DNA of 64,000 nt from Azolla caroliniana (lineage: Eukaryota > Plantae > Polypodiophyta). Below the pieces are notes generated by a model. The model searched no databases. It was not told the DNA's origin and was given only the letters and a program-made list of their open reading frames with translations. The translations under genes were made by a program, and so were the position numbers. The stretch spans positions 468,056-532,055 of the forward strand of contig JBHGNT010000025.1 of NCBI GenBank assembly GCA_043228905.1. The letters run 5' to 3'. Below are positions 39,901-54,000 of the stretch, piece after piece (position 1 is the first letter of the stretch; each line of letters opens with the position of its first letter).

Positions 39901-42900
39901 GCGCGTGTGATATCGGATTTTTGTGTTCAAACATGCGAATCGAAGCTAACAACGCTAGCTATTATATGGAACTAAAAAATCAAGATTTTGAAACTCAGGT
40001 CCAGAAATATGAAGAAATTAGCAATCTTGAGGAGGGAGTTGAGAGGAGCCCTTGAGTACATTAAAATGTTCATACCTGGCGCGTGTGATATCGGATTTTT
40101 GTGTTCAAACATGCGAATCGAAGCTAACAACACTAGCTATTCTATGGACCTAAAAAATCAAGATTTTAAACCTCAGGTAGAGAGATATGAAGAAATTAGC
40201 AATCCTGACGAGGGAGTTGAGAGGAGCCCTTGAGTACATTAAAATGTTCATACCTGGCTCGTGTGATATCGGATTTTTGTGTTCAAACATGCGAATCGAA
40301 GCTAACAACGCTAGCTATGACATGGTATTAAAAAATCATGATTTTGAAACTCAGGTCGAGAAATATGAAGAAATTAGCAATCTTTAGGAGGGAGTTGAGA
40401 GGAGCCATTGAGTACATTAAAATGTTCATACATGGCTCGTGTGATATCGGATTTTTGTGTTCAAACATGTGAATCGAAGCTAACAACGCTAGCTATTCTA
40501 TGGAACTAAAAAATCAAGATTTTGAAATTGAGGTCGAGAGACATGAAGAAATTAGCAATCTTGAGGAGGGAGTTGAGAGGAGCCCTTGAGTACATTAAAA
40601 TGTTTATACCTGGCTCGTGTGATATCGGATTTTTGTGTTCAAACATGCGAATCGAAGCTAACAACGCTAGCTATGACATGGTATTAAAAAATCAAGATTT
40701 TGAAACTCAGGTCGAGAGATATGAAGAAATTAGCAATCTTGAGGAGGGAGTTGAGAGGAGCCCTTGAGTAAATTAAAATGTTCATACCTGGCTCGTGTGA
40801 TATCGGATTTTTGTGTTCAAACATGTGAATCGAAGCTAACAACGCTAGCTATGACATGGTATTAAAAAATCAAGATTTGGAAACTCAGGTCGAGAGACAT
40901 GAAGAAATTAGCAATCTTGAGGAGGGAGTTGAGAGGAGCCCTTGAGTAAATTAAAATGTTCATACCTGGCTCGTGTGATATCGGTTTTTTGTGTTCAAAC
41001 ATGCGAATCGAAGCTAAAAACGCTAGCTATGATATGGTATTCAAAAATCATGATTTCGAAATTGAGGTCGAGAGACATGAAGAAATTAGCAATCTTGAGG
41101 AGGGAGTTGAGAGGAGCCCTTGAGTACATTAAAATGTTCATACCTGGCTCGTGTGATATCGGATTTTTGTGTTCAAACATGCGAATCGAAGCTAACAACG
41201 CTAGCTATTCTATGGAACTAAAAAATCAAGATTTTGAAACTCAGGTCGAGAGATATGAAGAAATTAGCAATCTTGAGGAGGGAGTTGAGAGGAGCCCTTG
41301 AGTACATTAAAATGTTCATACCTGGCTCGTGTGATATCGGATTTTTGTGTTCAAACATGCGAATCGAAGCTAACAACGCTACCTATGATATGGAACTAAA
41401 AAATCATGATTTTGAAACTCAGGTCGAGAGATATGAAGAAATTAGCAATCTTGAGGAGGGAGTTGAGAGGAGCCCTTGAGTACATTAAAATGTTCATACC
41501 TGGCTCGTGTGATATCGGATTTTTGTGTTCAAACATGCGAATCGAAGCTAACAACGCTACCTATGATATGGAACTAAAAAATCATGATTTTGAAACTCAG
41601 GTCGAGAGATATGAAGAAATTAGCAATCTTGAGGAGGGAGTTGAGAGGAGCCCTTGAGTACATTAAAATGTTCAGACCTGGCGCGTGTGATATCGGATTT
41701 TTGTGTTCAAACATGCGAATCGAAGCTAACAACGCTAGCTATTATATGGAACTAAAAAATCAAGATTTTGAAACTCAGGTCCAGAGACATGACGAAATTA
41801 GCAATCTTGAGGAGGGAGTTGAGAGGAGCCCTTGAGTACATTAAAATGTTCATACCTGGCTCGTGTGATATCGGATTTTTGTGTTCAAACATGTGAATCG
41901 AAGCTAACAACGCTAGCTATGATATGGTATTAAAAAATCATGATTTCGAAACTCAGGTCGAGAGACATGACGAAATTAGCAATCTTGAGGAGGGAGTTGA
42001 GAGGAGCCCTTGAGTACATTAAAATGTTCATACCTGGCTCGTGTGATATCGGTTTTTTGTGTTCAAACATGCGAATCGAAGCTAAAAACGCTAGCTATGA
42101 TATGGTATTCAAAAATCATGATTTCGAAATTGAGGTCGAGAGACATGAAGAAATTAGCAATCTTGAGGAGGGAGTTGAGAGGAGCCCTTGAGTACATTAA
42201 AATGTTCATACCTGGCTCGTGTGATATCGGATTTTTGTGTTCAAACATGCGAATCGAAGCTAACAACGCTAGCTATTGTATGGAACTAAAAAATCAAGAT
42301 TTTGAAACTCAGGTCCAGAAATATGAAGAAATTAGCAATCTTGAGGAGGGAGTTGAGAGGAGCCCTTGAGTACATTAAAATGTTCATACCTGGCTCGTGT
42401 GATATCGGATTTTTGTGTTCAAACATGTGAATCGAAGCTAACAACGCTAGCTATTCTATGGAACTAAAAAATCAAGATTTTGAAACTCAGGTCGAGAGAT
42501 ATGAAGAAATTAGCAATCTTGAGGAGGGAGTTGAGAGGAGCCCTTGAGTACATTAAAATGTTCATACCTGGCGCGTGTGATATCGGATTTTTGTGTTCAA
42601 ACATGCGAATCGAAGCTAACAATGCTAGCTATGACATGGTATTAAAAAATCATGATTTTGAAACTCAGGTCGAGAGATATGAAGAAATTAGCAATCTTGA
42701 GGAGGGAGTTGAGAGGAGCCATTGAGTAAATTAAAATGTTCATACATGGCTCGCGTGATATCGGATTTTTGTGTTCAAACATGTGAATCGAAGCTAACAA
42801 CGCTAGCTATTCTATGGAACTAAAAAATCAAGATTTTGAACCTCAGGTCGAGAGATATGAAGAAATTAGCAATCTTGAGGAGGGAGTTGAGAGGAGCCCT

Positions 42901-43426
42901 TGAGTACATTAAAATGTTCATACCTGGCGCGTGTGATATCGGATTTTTGTGTTCAAACATGCGAATCGAAGCTAACAATGCTAGCTATGACATGGTATTA
43001 AAAAATCAAGATTTTGAAACTCAGGTCGAGAGATATGAAGAAATTAGCAATCTTGAGGAGGGAGTTGAGAGGAGCCCTTGAGTAAATTAAAATGTTCATA
43101 CCTGGCTCGTGTGATATCGGATTTTTGTGTTCAAACATGTGAATCGAAGCTAACAACGCTAGCTATTCTATGGAACTAAAAAATCAAGATTTTGAAACTC
43201 AGGTCGAGAGATATGAAGAAATTAGCAATCTTGAGGAGGGAGTTGAGAGGAGCCCTTGAGTACATTAAAATGTTCATACCTGGCGCGTGTGATATCTGAT
43301 TTTTGTGTTCAAACATGCGAATCGAAGCTAACAACGCTAGCTATTATATGGAACTAAAAAGTCAAGATTTTGAAACTCAGGTCGAGAGATATGAAGAAAT
43401 TAGCAATCTTGAGGAGGGAGTTGAGA
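33960..43426 (+). repeat. Block duplication at a 37-monomer (6586 bp) offset: about 33960..36840 recurs at about 40546..43426
   Basis: ORF pairs 34356/40942, 34648/41234, 34820/41406, 34998/41584, 35354/41940, 35424/42010, 35894/42480 and 36250/42836 are all offset by 6586. Confidence 0.9.
36846..40050 (+). repeat. Local 7-monomer (1246 bp) higher-order repeat, about 2.6 tandem copies; related block at about 31150..33040 (32-monomer offset)
   Basis: ORF offsets 37318/38564/39810 and 37873/39119 are +1246. The rare GGACTTTT variant is at 38138 and 39384. The rare CCCCTGAG variant is at 31508 and 37204 (+5696 = 32x178). Confidence 0.88.
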
Positions 43427-46400
43427 GGAGCCCTTGAGTACATTAAAATGTTCATACCTGGCGCGTGTGATATCGGATTTTTGTGTTCAGACATGCGAAT
43501 CGAAGCTAACAACGCTAGCTATTCTATGGAACTAAAAAATCAAGATTTTGAAATTGAGGTCGAGAGACATGAAGAAATTAGCAATCTTGAGGAGGGAGTT
43601 GAGAGGAGCCCTTGAGTATATTCAAATGTTGATACCTGGCTCGTGTGATATCGGATTTTTGTGTTCAAACATGCGAATCGAAGCTAACAACGCTAGCTAT
43701 AACATGGTATTAAAAAATCAAGATTTTGACACTCAGGTCGAGAGACATGACGAAATTAGCAATCTTGAGGAGGGAGTTGAGAGGAGCCCTTGAGTAAATT
43801 AAAATGTTCATACCTGGCGCGTGTGATATCGGATTTTTGTGTTCAAACATGCGAATCGAAGCTAACAACGCTAGCTATGACATGGTTTTAAAAAATCAAG
43901 ATTTTGAAACTCAGGTCGAGAGATATGAAGAAATTAGCAATCTTGAGGAGGGAGTTGAGAGGAGCCATTGAGTAAATTAAAATGTTCATACATGGCTCGC
44001 GTGATATCGGATTTTTGTGTTCAAACATGTGAATCGAAGCTAACAACGCTAGCTATTCTATGGAACTAAAAAATCAAGATTTTGAACCTCAGGTCGAGAG
44101 ATATGAAGAAATTAGCAATCTTGAGGAGGGAGTTGAGAGGAGCCCTTGAGTACATTAAAATGTTCATACCTGGCGCGTGTGATATCGGATTTTTGTGTTC
44201 AAACATGCGAATCGAAGCTAACAATGCTAGCTATGACATGGTATTAAAAAATCATGATTTTGAAACTCAGGTCGAGAGATATGAAGAAATTAGCAATCTT
44301 GAGGAGGGAGTTGAGAGGAGCCATTGAGTAAATTAAAATGTTCATACATGGCTCGTGTGATATCGGATTTTTGTGTTCAAACATGTGAATCGAAGCTAAC
44401 AACGCTAGCTATTCTATGGAACTAAAAAATCATGATTTTGAAACTCAGGTCGAGAGATATGAAGAAATTAGCAATCTTGAGGAGGGAGTTGAGAGGAGCC
44501 CTTGAGTACATTAAAATGTTCAGACCTGGCGCGTGTGATATCGGATTTTTGTGTTCAAACATGCGAATCGAAGCTAACAACGCTAGCTATTATATGGAAC
44601 TAAAAAATCAAGATTTTGAAACTCAGGTCCAGAGACATGACGAAATTAGCAATCTTGAGGAGGGAGTTGAGAGGAGCCCTTGAGTACATTAAAATGTTCA
44701 TACCTGGCTCGTGTGATATCGGATTTTTGTGTTCAAACATGTGAATCGAAGCTAACAACGCTAGCTATTCTATGGAACTAAAAAATCAAGATTTTGAAAT
44801 TGAGGTCGAGAGACATGAAGAAATTAGCAATCTTGAGGAGGGAGTTGAGAGGAGCCCTTGAGTACATTAAAATGTTTATACCTGGCTCGTGTGATATCGG
44901 ATTTTTGTGTTCAAACATGCGAATCGAAGCTAACAACGCTAGCTATGACATGGTATTAAAAAATCAAGATTTTGAAACTCAGGTCGAGAGATATGAAGAA
45001 ATTAGCAATCTTGAGGAGGGAGTTGAGAGGAGCCCTTGAGTAAATTAAAATGTTCATACCTGGCTCGTGTGATATCGGATTTTTGTGTTCAAACATGTGA
45101 ATCGAAGCTAACAACGCTAGCTATGACATGGTATTAAAAAATCAAGATTTGGAAACTCAGGTCGAGAGACATGAAGAAATTAGCAATCTTGAGGAGGGAG
45201 TTGAGAGGAGCCCTTGAGTAAATTAAAATGTTCATACCTGGCTCGTGTGATATCGGTTTTTTGTGTTCAAACATGCGAATCGAAGCTAAAAACGCTAGCT
45301 ATGATATGGTATTCAAAAATCATGATTTCGAAATTGAGGTCGAGAGACATGAAGAAATTAGCAATCTTGAGGAGGGAGTTGAGAGGAGCCCTTGAGTACA
45401 TTAAAATGTTCATACCTGGCTCGTGTGATATCGGATTTTTGTGTTCAAACATGCGAATCGAAGCTAACAACGCTAGCTATTCTATGGAACTAAAAAATCA
45501 AGATTTTGAAACTCAGGTCGAGAGATATGAAGAAATTAGCAATCTTGAGGAGGGAGTTGAGAGGAGCCCTTGAGTACATTAAAATGTTCATACCTGGCTC
45601 GTGTGATATCGGATTTTTGTGTTCAAACATGCGAATCGAAGCTAACAACGCTACCTATGATATGGAACTAAAAAATCATGATTTTGAAACTCAGGTCGAG
45701 AGATATGAAGAAATTAGCAATCTTGAGGAGGGAGTTGAGAGGAGCCCTTGAGTACATTAAAATGTTCATACCTGGCTCGTGTGATATCGGATTTTTGTGT
45801 TCAAACATGCGAATCGAAGCTAACAACGCTAGCTATTATATGGAACTAAAAAATCAAGATTTTGAAACTCAGGTTCAGAAATATGAAGAAATTAGCAACC
45901 TTGAGGAGGGAGTTGAGAGGAGCCCTTGAGTACATTAAAATGTTCATACCTGGCTCGTGTGATATCGGATTTTTGTGTTCAAACATGTGAATCGAAGCTA
46001 ACAACGCTAGCTATTATATGGAACTAAAAAATCAAGATTTTGAAACTCAGGTCCAGAAATATGAAGAAATTAGCAATCTTGAGGAGGGAGTTGAGAGGAG
46101 CCCTTGAGTACATTAAAATGTTCATACCTGGCTCGTGTGATATCGGATTTTTGTGTTCAAACATGCGAATCGAAGCTAACAACGCTAGCTATTATATGGA
46201 ACTAAAAAATCAAGATTTTGAAACTCAGGTCCAGAAATATGAAGAAATTAGCAACCTTGAGGAGGGAGTTGAGAGGAGCCCTTGAGTACATTAAAATGTT
46301 CATACCTGGCTTGTGTGATATCGGATTTTTGTGTTCAAACATGTGAATCGAAGCTAACAACGCTAGCTATTATATGGAACTAAAAAATCAAGATTTTGAA

Positions 46401-48059
46401 ACTCAGGTCGAGAAATATGAAGAAATTAGCAATCTTGAGGAGGGAGTTGAGAGGAGCCCTTGAGTACATTAAAATGTTCATACCTGGCGCGTGTGATATC
46501 GGTTTTTTGTGTTCAGACATGCGAATCGAAGCTAACAACGCTAGCTATTCTATGGAACTAAAAAATCAAGATTTTAAAATTGAGGTCGAGAGACATGAAG
46601 AAATTAGCAATGTTGAGGAGGGAGTTGAGAGGAGCCCTTGAGTACATTAAAATGTTCATACCTGGCTCGTGTGATATCGGATTTTTGTGTTCAAACATGT
46701 GAATCGAAGCTAACAACGCTAGCTATTCTATGGAACTAAAAAATCAAGATTTTGAAACTCAGGTCGAGAGATATGAAGAAATTAGCAATCTTGAGGAGGG
46801 AGTTGAGAGGAGCCCTTGAGTACATTAAAATGTTCATACCTGGCGCGTTGGATATCGGATTTTTGTGTTCAAACATGCGAATCGAAGCTAACAATGCTAG
46901 CTATGACATGGTATTCAAAAATCATGATTTTGAAACTCAGGTCGAGAGATATGAAGAAATTAGCAATCTTGAGGAGGGAGTTGAGAGGAGCCATTGAGTA
47001 AATTAAAATGTTCATACATGGCTCGTGTGATATCGGATTTTTGTGTTCAAACATGTGAATCGAAGCTAACAACGCTAGCTATTCTATGGAACTAAAAAAT
47101 CAAGATTTTGAAACTCAGGTCGAGAGATATGAAGAAATTAGCAATCTTGAGGAGGGAGTTGAGAGGAGCCCTTGAGTACATTAAAATGTTCATACCTGGC
47201 GCGTGTGATATCGGATTTTTGTGTTCAAACATGGGAATCGAAGCTAACAATGCTAGCTATGACATGGTATTAAAAAATCAAGATTTTGAAACTCAGGTCG
47301 AGAGATATGAAGAAATTAGCAATCTTGAGGAGGGAGTTGAGAGGAGCCCTTGAGTAAATTAAAATGTTCATACCTGGCTCGTGTGATATCGGATTTTTGT
47401 GTTCAAACATGCGAATCAAAGCTAACAACGCTAGCTATGATATGGAACTAAAAAGTCAAGATTTTGAACCTCAGGTAGAGAGATATGAAGAAATTAGCAA
47501 TCCTGACGAGGGAGTTGAGAGGAGCCCTTGAGTACATTAAAATGTTCATACCTGGCTCGTGTGATATCGGATTTTTGTGTTCAAACATGCGAATCGAAGC
47601 TAACAACGCTAGCTATGACATGGTATTAAAAAATCATGATTTTGAAACTCAGGTCGAGAAATATGAAGAAATTAGCAATCTTTAGGAGGGAGTTGAGAGG
47701 AGCCATTGAGTAAATTAAAATGTTCATACATGGCTCGTGTGATATCGGATTTTTGTGTTCAAACATGTGAATCGAAGCTAACAACGCTAGCTATTCTATG
47801 GAACTAAAAAATCAAGATTTTGAAATTGAGGTCGAGAGACATGAAGAAATTAGCAATCTTGAGGAGGGAGTTGAGAGGAGCCCTTGAGTACATTAAAATG
47901 TTCATACCTGGCTCGTGTGATATCGGATTTTTGTGTTCAAACATGCGAATCGAAGCTAACAATGCTAGCTATGACATGGTTTTAAAAAATCAAGATTTTG
48001 AAACTCAAGTCGAGAGACATGACGAAATTACCTAATTTGAGGAGGGAGTTGAGAGGAGC

Positions 48060-51000
48060 CCTTGAGTACATTAAAATGTTCATACCTGGCGCGTGTGATA
48101 TCGGATTTTTGTGTTCAGACATGCGAATCGAAGCTAACAACGCTAGCTATTCTATGGAACTAAAAAATCAAGATTTTGAAATTGAGGTCGAGAGACATGA
48201 AGAAATTAGCAATCTTGAGGAGGGAGTTGAGAGGAGCCCTTGAGTATATTAAAATGTTGATACCTGGCTCGTGTGATATCGGATTTTTGTGTTCAAACAT
48301 GCGAATCGAAGCTAACAACGCTAGCTATAACATGGTATTAAAAAATCAAGATTTTGACACTCAGGTCGAGAGACATGACGAAATTAGCAATCTTGAGGAG
48401 GGAGTTGAGAGGAGCCCTTGAGTAAATTAAAATGTTCATACCTGGCGCGTGTGATATCGGATTTTTGTGTTCAAACATGCGAATCGAAGCTAACAACGCT
48501 AGCTATGACATGGTTTTAAAAAATCAAGATTTTGAAACTCAAGTCGAGAGACATGACGAAATTACCTAATTTGAGGAGGGAGTTGAGACGACCTAGTAGG
48601 TAAATTAAAATGTTCATACCTGGCTCGTGTGATATCGGATTTTTGTGTTCAAACATGCGAATCGAAGCTAACAATGCTAGCTATTCTATGGAACTAAAAA
48701 ATCAAGATTTTGAAACTCAGGTCGAGAGATATGAAGAAATTAGCAATCTTGAGGAGGGAGTTGAGAGGAGCCCTTGAGTACATTAAAATGTTCATACCTG
48801 GCTCGTGTGATATCGGATTTTTGTGTTCAAACATGCGAATCGAAGCTAACAACGCTACCTATGATATGGAACTAAAAAATCAGGATTTTGAAACTCAGGT
48901 CGAGAGATATGAAGAAATTAGCAATCTTGAGGAGGGAGTTGAGAGGAGCCCTTGAGTACATTAAAATGTTCATACCTGGCGCGTGTGATATCGGATTTTT
49001 GTGTTCAAACATGCGAATCGAAGCTAACAACGCTAGCTATTATATGGAACTAAAAAATCAAGATTTTGAAACTCAGGTCCAGAGACATGACGAAATTAGC
49101 AATCTTGAGGAGGGAGTTGAGAGGAGCCCTTGAGTACATTAAAATGTTCATACCTGGCTCGTGTGATATCGGATTTTTGTGTTCAAACATGTGAATCGAA
49201 GCTAACAACGCTAGCTATGATATGGTATTAAAAAATCATGATTTTGAAACTCAGGTCGAGAGACATGACGAAATTAGCAATCTTGAGGAGGGAGTTGAGA
49301 GGAGCCCTTGAGTAAATTAAAATGTTCATACCTGGCTCGTGTGATATCGGTTTTTTGTGTTCAAACATGCGAATCGAAGCTAAAAACGCTAGCTATGACA
49401 TGGTATTAAAAAATCATGATTTCGAAATTGAGGTCGAGAGACATGAAGAAATTAGCAATCTTGAGGAGGGAGTTGAGAGGAGCCCTTGAGTACATTAAAA
49501 TGTTCATACCTGGCTCGTGTGATATCGGATTTTTGTGTTCAAACATGCGAATCGAAGCTAACAACGCTAGCTATTGTATGGAACTAAAAAATCAAGATTT
49601 TGAAACTCAGGTCCAGAAATATGAAGAAATTAGCAATCTTGAGGAGGGAGTTGAGAGGAGCCCTTGAGTACATTAAAATGTTCATACCTGGCTCGTGTGA
49701 TATCGGATTTTTGTGTTCAAACATGGGAATCGAAGCTAACAACGCTAGCTATTCTATGGAACTAAAAAATCAAGATTTTGAAACTCAGGTCGAGAGATAT
49801 GAAGAAATTAGCAATCTTGAGGAGGGAGTTGAGAGGAGCCCTTGAGTACATTAAAATGTTCATACCTGGCGCGTGTGATATCGGATTTTTGTGTTCAAAC
49901 ATGCGAATCGAAGCTAAAAATGCTAGCTATGACATGGTATTAAAAAATCATGATTTTGAAACTCAGGTCGAGAGATATGAAGAAATTAGCAATCTTGAGG
50001 AGGGAGTTGAGAGGAGCCATTGAGTAAATTAAAATGTTCATACATGGCTCGTGTGATATCGGATTTTTGTGTTCAAACATGTGAATCGAAGCTAACATCG
50101 CTAGCTATTCTATGGAACTAAAAAATCAAGATTTTGAAACTCAGGTCGAGAGATATGAAGAAATTAGCAATCTTGAGGAGGGAGTTGAGAGGAGCCCTTG
50201 AGTACATTAAAATGTTCATACCTGGCGCGTGTGATATCGGATTTTTGTGTTCAAACATGCGAATCGAAGCTAACAATGCTAGCTATGACATGGTATTAAA
50301 AAATCAAGATTTTGAAACTCAGGTCGAGAGATATGAAGAAATTAGCAATCTTGAGGAGGGAGTTGAGAGGAGCCCTTGAGTAAATTAAAATGTTCATACC
50401 TGGCTCGTGTGATATCGGATTTTTGTGTTCAAACATGTGAATCGAAGCTAACAATGCTAGCTATTCTATGGAACTAAAAAATCAAGATTTTGAAACTCAG
50501 GTCGAGAGATATGAAGAAATTAGCAATCTTGAGGAGGGAGTTGAGAGGAGCCCTTGAGTACATTAAAATGTTCATACCTGGCGCGTGTGATATCTGATTT
50601 TTGTGTTCAAACATGCGAATCGAAGCTAACAACGCTAGCTATTATATGGAACTAAAAAGTCAAGATTTTGAAACTCAGGTCGAGAGATATGAAGAAATTA
50701 GCAATCTTGAGGAGGGAGTTGAGAGGAGCCCTTGAGTACATTAAAATGTTCATACCTGGCGCGTGTGATATCGGATTTTTGTGTTCAGACATGCGAATCG
50801 AAGCTAACAACGCTAGCTATTCTATGGAACTAAAAAATCAAGATTTTGAAATTGAGGTCGAGAGACATGAAGAAATTAGCAATCTTGAGGAGGGAGTTGA
50901 GAGGAGCCCTTGAGTATATTAAAATGTTTATACCTGGCTCGTGTGATATCGGATTTTTGTGTTCAAACATGCGAATCGAAGCTAACAACGCTAGCTATGA

Positions 51001-54000
51001 CATGGTATTAAAAAATCAAGATTTTGACACTCAGGTCGAGAGACATGACGAAATTAGCAATCTTGAGGAGGGAGTTGAGAGGAGCCCTTGAGTAAATTAA
51101 AATGTTCATACCTGGCGCGTGTGATATCGGATGTTTGTGTTCAAACATGCGAATCGAAGCTAACAACGTTAGCTATGACATGGTATTAAAAAATCAAGAT
51201 TTTGAAACTCAAGTCGAGAGACATAACGAAATTACCTAATTTGAGGAGTGAGTTGAGAAGACCTAGTATGTAAATTAAAATGTTCATACCTGGCTCGTGT
51301 GATATCGGATTTTTGTGTTCAAACATGCGAATCGAAGCTAACAACGCTAGCTATTCTATGGAACTAAAAAATCAAGATTTTGAAACTCAGGTCGAGAGAT
51401 ATGAAGAAATTAGCAATCTTGAGGAGGGAGTTGAGAGGAGCCCTTGAGTACATTAAAATGTTCATACCTGGCGCGTGTGATATCTGATTTTTGTGTTCAA
51501 ACATGCGAATCGAAGCTAACAACGCTAGCTATTATATGGAACTAAAAAGTCAAGATTTTGAAACTCAGGTCGAGAGATATGAAGAAATTAGCAATCTTGA
51601 GGAGGGAGTTGAGAGGAGCCCTTGAGTACATTAAAATGTTCATACCTGGCGCGTGTGATATCGGATTTTTGTGTTCAAACATGCGAATCGAAGCTAACAA
51701 TGCTAGCTATGACATGGTATTAAAAAATCAAGATTTTGAAACTCAGGTCGAGAGATATGAAGAAATTAGCAATCTTGAGGAGGGAGTTGAGAGGAGCCCT
51801 TGAGTAAATTAAAATGTTCATACCTGGCTCGTGTGATATCGGATTTTTGTGTTCAAACATGTGAATCGAAGCTAACAACGCTAGCTATGACATGGTATTA
51901 AAAAATCAAGATTTTGAAACTCAGGTCGAGAGACATGAAGAAATTAGCAATCTTGAGGAGGGAGTTGAGAGGAGCCCTTGAGTAAATTAAAATGTTCATA
52001 CCTGGCTCGTGTGATATCGGTTTTTTGTGTTCAAACATGCGAATCGAAGCTAAAAACGCTAGCTATGATATGGTATTCAAAAATCATGATTTCGAAATTG
52101 AGGTCGAGAGACATGAAGAAATTAGCAATCTTGAGGAGGGAGTTGAGAGGAGCCCTTGAGTACATTAAAATGTTCATACCTGGCTCGTGTGATATCGGAT
52201 TTTTGTGTTCAAACATGCGAATCGAAGCTAACAACGCTAGCTATTATATGGAACTAAAAAATCAAGATTTTGAAACTCAGGTCCAGAAATATGAAGAAAT
52301 TAGCAATCTTGAGGAGGGAGTTGAGAGGAGCCCTTGAGTACATTAAAATGTTCATACCTGGCTCGTGTGATATCGGATTTTTGTGTTCAAACATGCGAAT
52401 CGAAGATGACAACGCTACCTATGATATGGAACAAAAAAATCATGATTTTGAAACTCAGGTCGAGAGATATGAAGAAATTAGCAATCTTGAGGAGGGAGTT
52501 GAGAGGAGCCCTTGAGTACATTAAAATGTTCAGACCTGGCGCGTGTGATATCGGATTTTTGTGTTCAAACATACGAATCGAAGCTAACAACGCTAGCTAT
52601 TATATGGAACTAAAAAATCAAGATTTTGAAACTCAGGTCCAGAGACATGACGAAATTAGCAATCTTGAGGAGGGAGTTGAGAGGAGCCCTTGAGTACATT
52701 AAAATGTTCATACCTGGCTCGTGTGATATCGGATTTTTGTGTTCAAACATGTGAATCGAAGCTAACAACGCTAGCTATGATATGGTATTAAAAAATCATG
52801 ATTTTGAAACTCAGGTCGAGAGACATGACGAAATTAGCAATCTTGAGGAGGGAGTTGAGAGGAGCCCTTGAGTACATTAAAATGTTCATACCTGGCGCGT
52901 CTGATATCGGATTTTTGTGTTCAGACATGCGAATCGAAGCTAACAACGCTAGCTATTCTATGGAACTAAAAAATCAAGATTTTGAAATTGAGGTCGAGAG
53001 ACATGAAGAAATTAGCAATCTTGAGGAGGGAGTTGAGAGGAGCCCTTGAGTATATTAAAATGTTTATACCTGGCTCGTGTGATATCGGATTTTTGTGTTC
53101 AAACATGCGAATCGAAGCAAACAACGCTAGCTATGACATGGTATTAAAAAATCAAGATTTTGACACTCAGGTCGAGAGACATGACGAAATTAGCAATCTT
53201 GAGGAGGGAGTTGAGAGGAGCCCTTGAGTAAATTAAAATGTTCATACCTGGCGCGTGTGATATCGGATGTTTGTGTTCAAACATGCGAATCGAAGCTAAC
53301 AACGTTAGCTATGACATGGTATTAAAAAATCAAGATTTTGAAACTCAAGTCGAGAGACATAACGAAATTACCTAATTTGAGGAGTGAGTTGAGAAGACCT
53401 AGTATGTAAATTAAAATGTTCATACCTGGCTCGTGTGATATCGGATTTTTGTGTTCAAACATGCGAATCGAAGCTAACAACGCTAGCTATTATATGGAAC
53501 TAAAAAATCAAGATTTTGAAACTCAGGTCGAGAGATATGAAGAAATTAGCAATCTTGAGGAGGGAGTTGAGAGGAGCCCTTGAGTAAATTAAAATGTTCA
53601 TACCTGGCTCGTGTGGTATCGGATTTTTGTGTTCAAACATGTGAATCGAAGCTAACAACGCTAGCTATTCTATGGAACTAAAAAATCAAGATTTTGAAAC
53701 TCAGGTCGAGAGATATGAAGAAATTAGCAATCTTGAGGAGTGAGTTGAGAGGAGCCCTTGAGTACATTAAAATGTTCATACCTGGCTCGTGTGATATCGG
53801 ATTTTTGTGTTCAAACATGCGAATCGAAGCTAACAATGCTAGCTATTATATGGAAGTAAAAAATCAAGATTTTGAAACTCAGGTCGAGAGATATGAAGAA
53901 ATTAGCAATCTTGAGGAGGGAGTTGAGAGGAGCCCTTGAGTAAATTAAAATGTTCATACCTGGCTCGTGTGATATCGGATTTTTGTGTTCAAACATGTGA

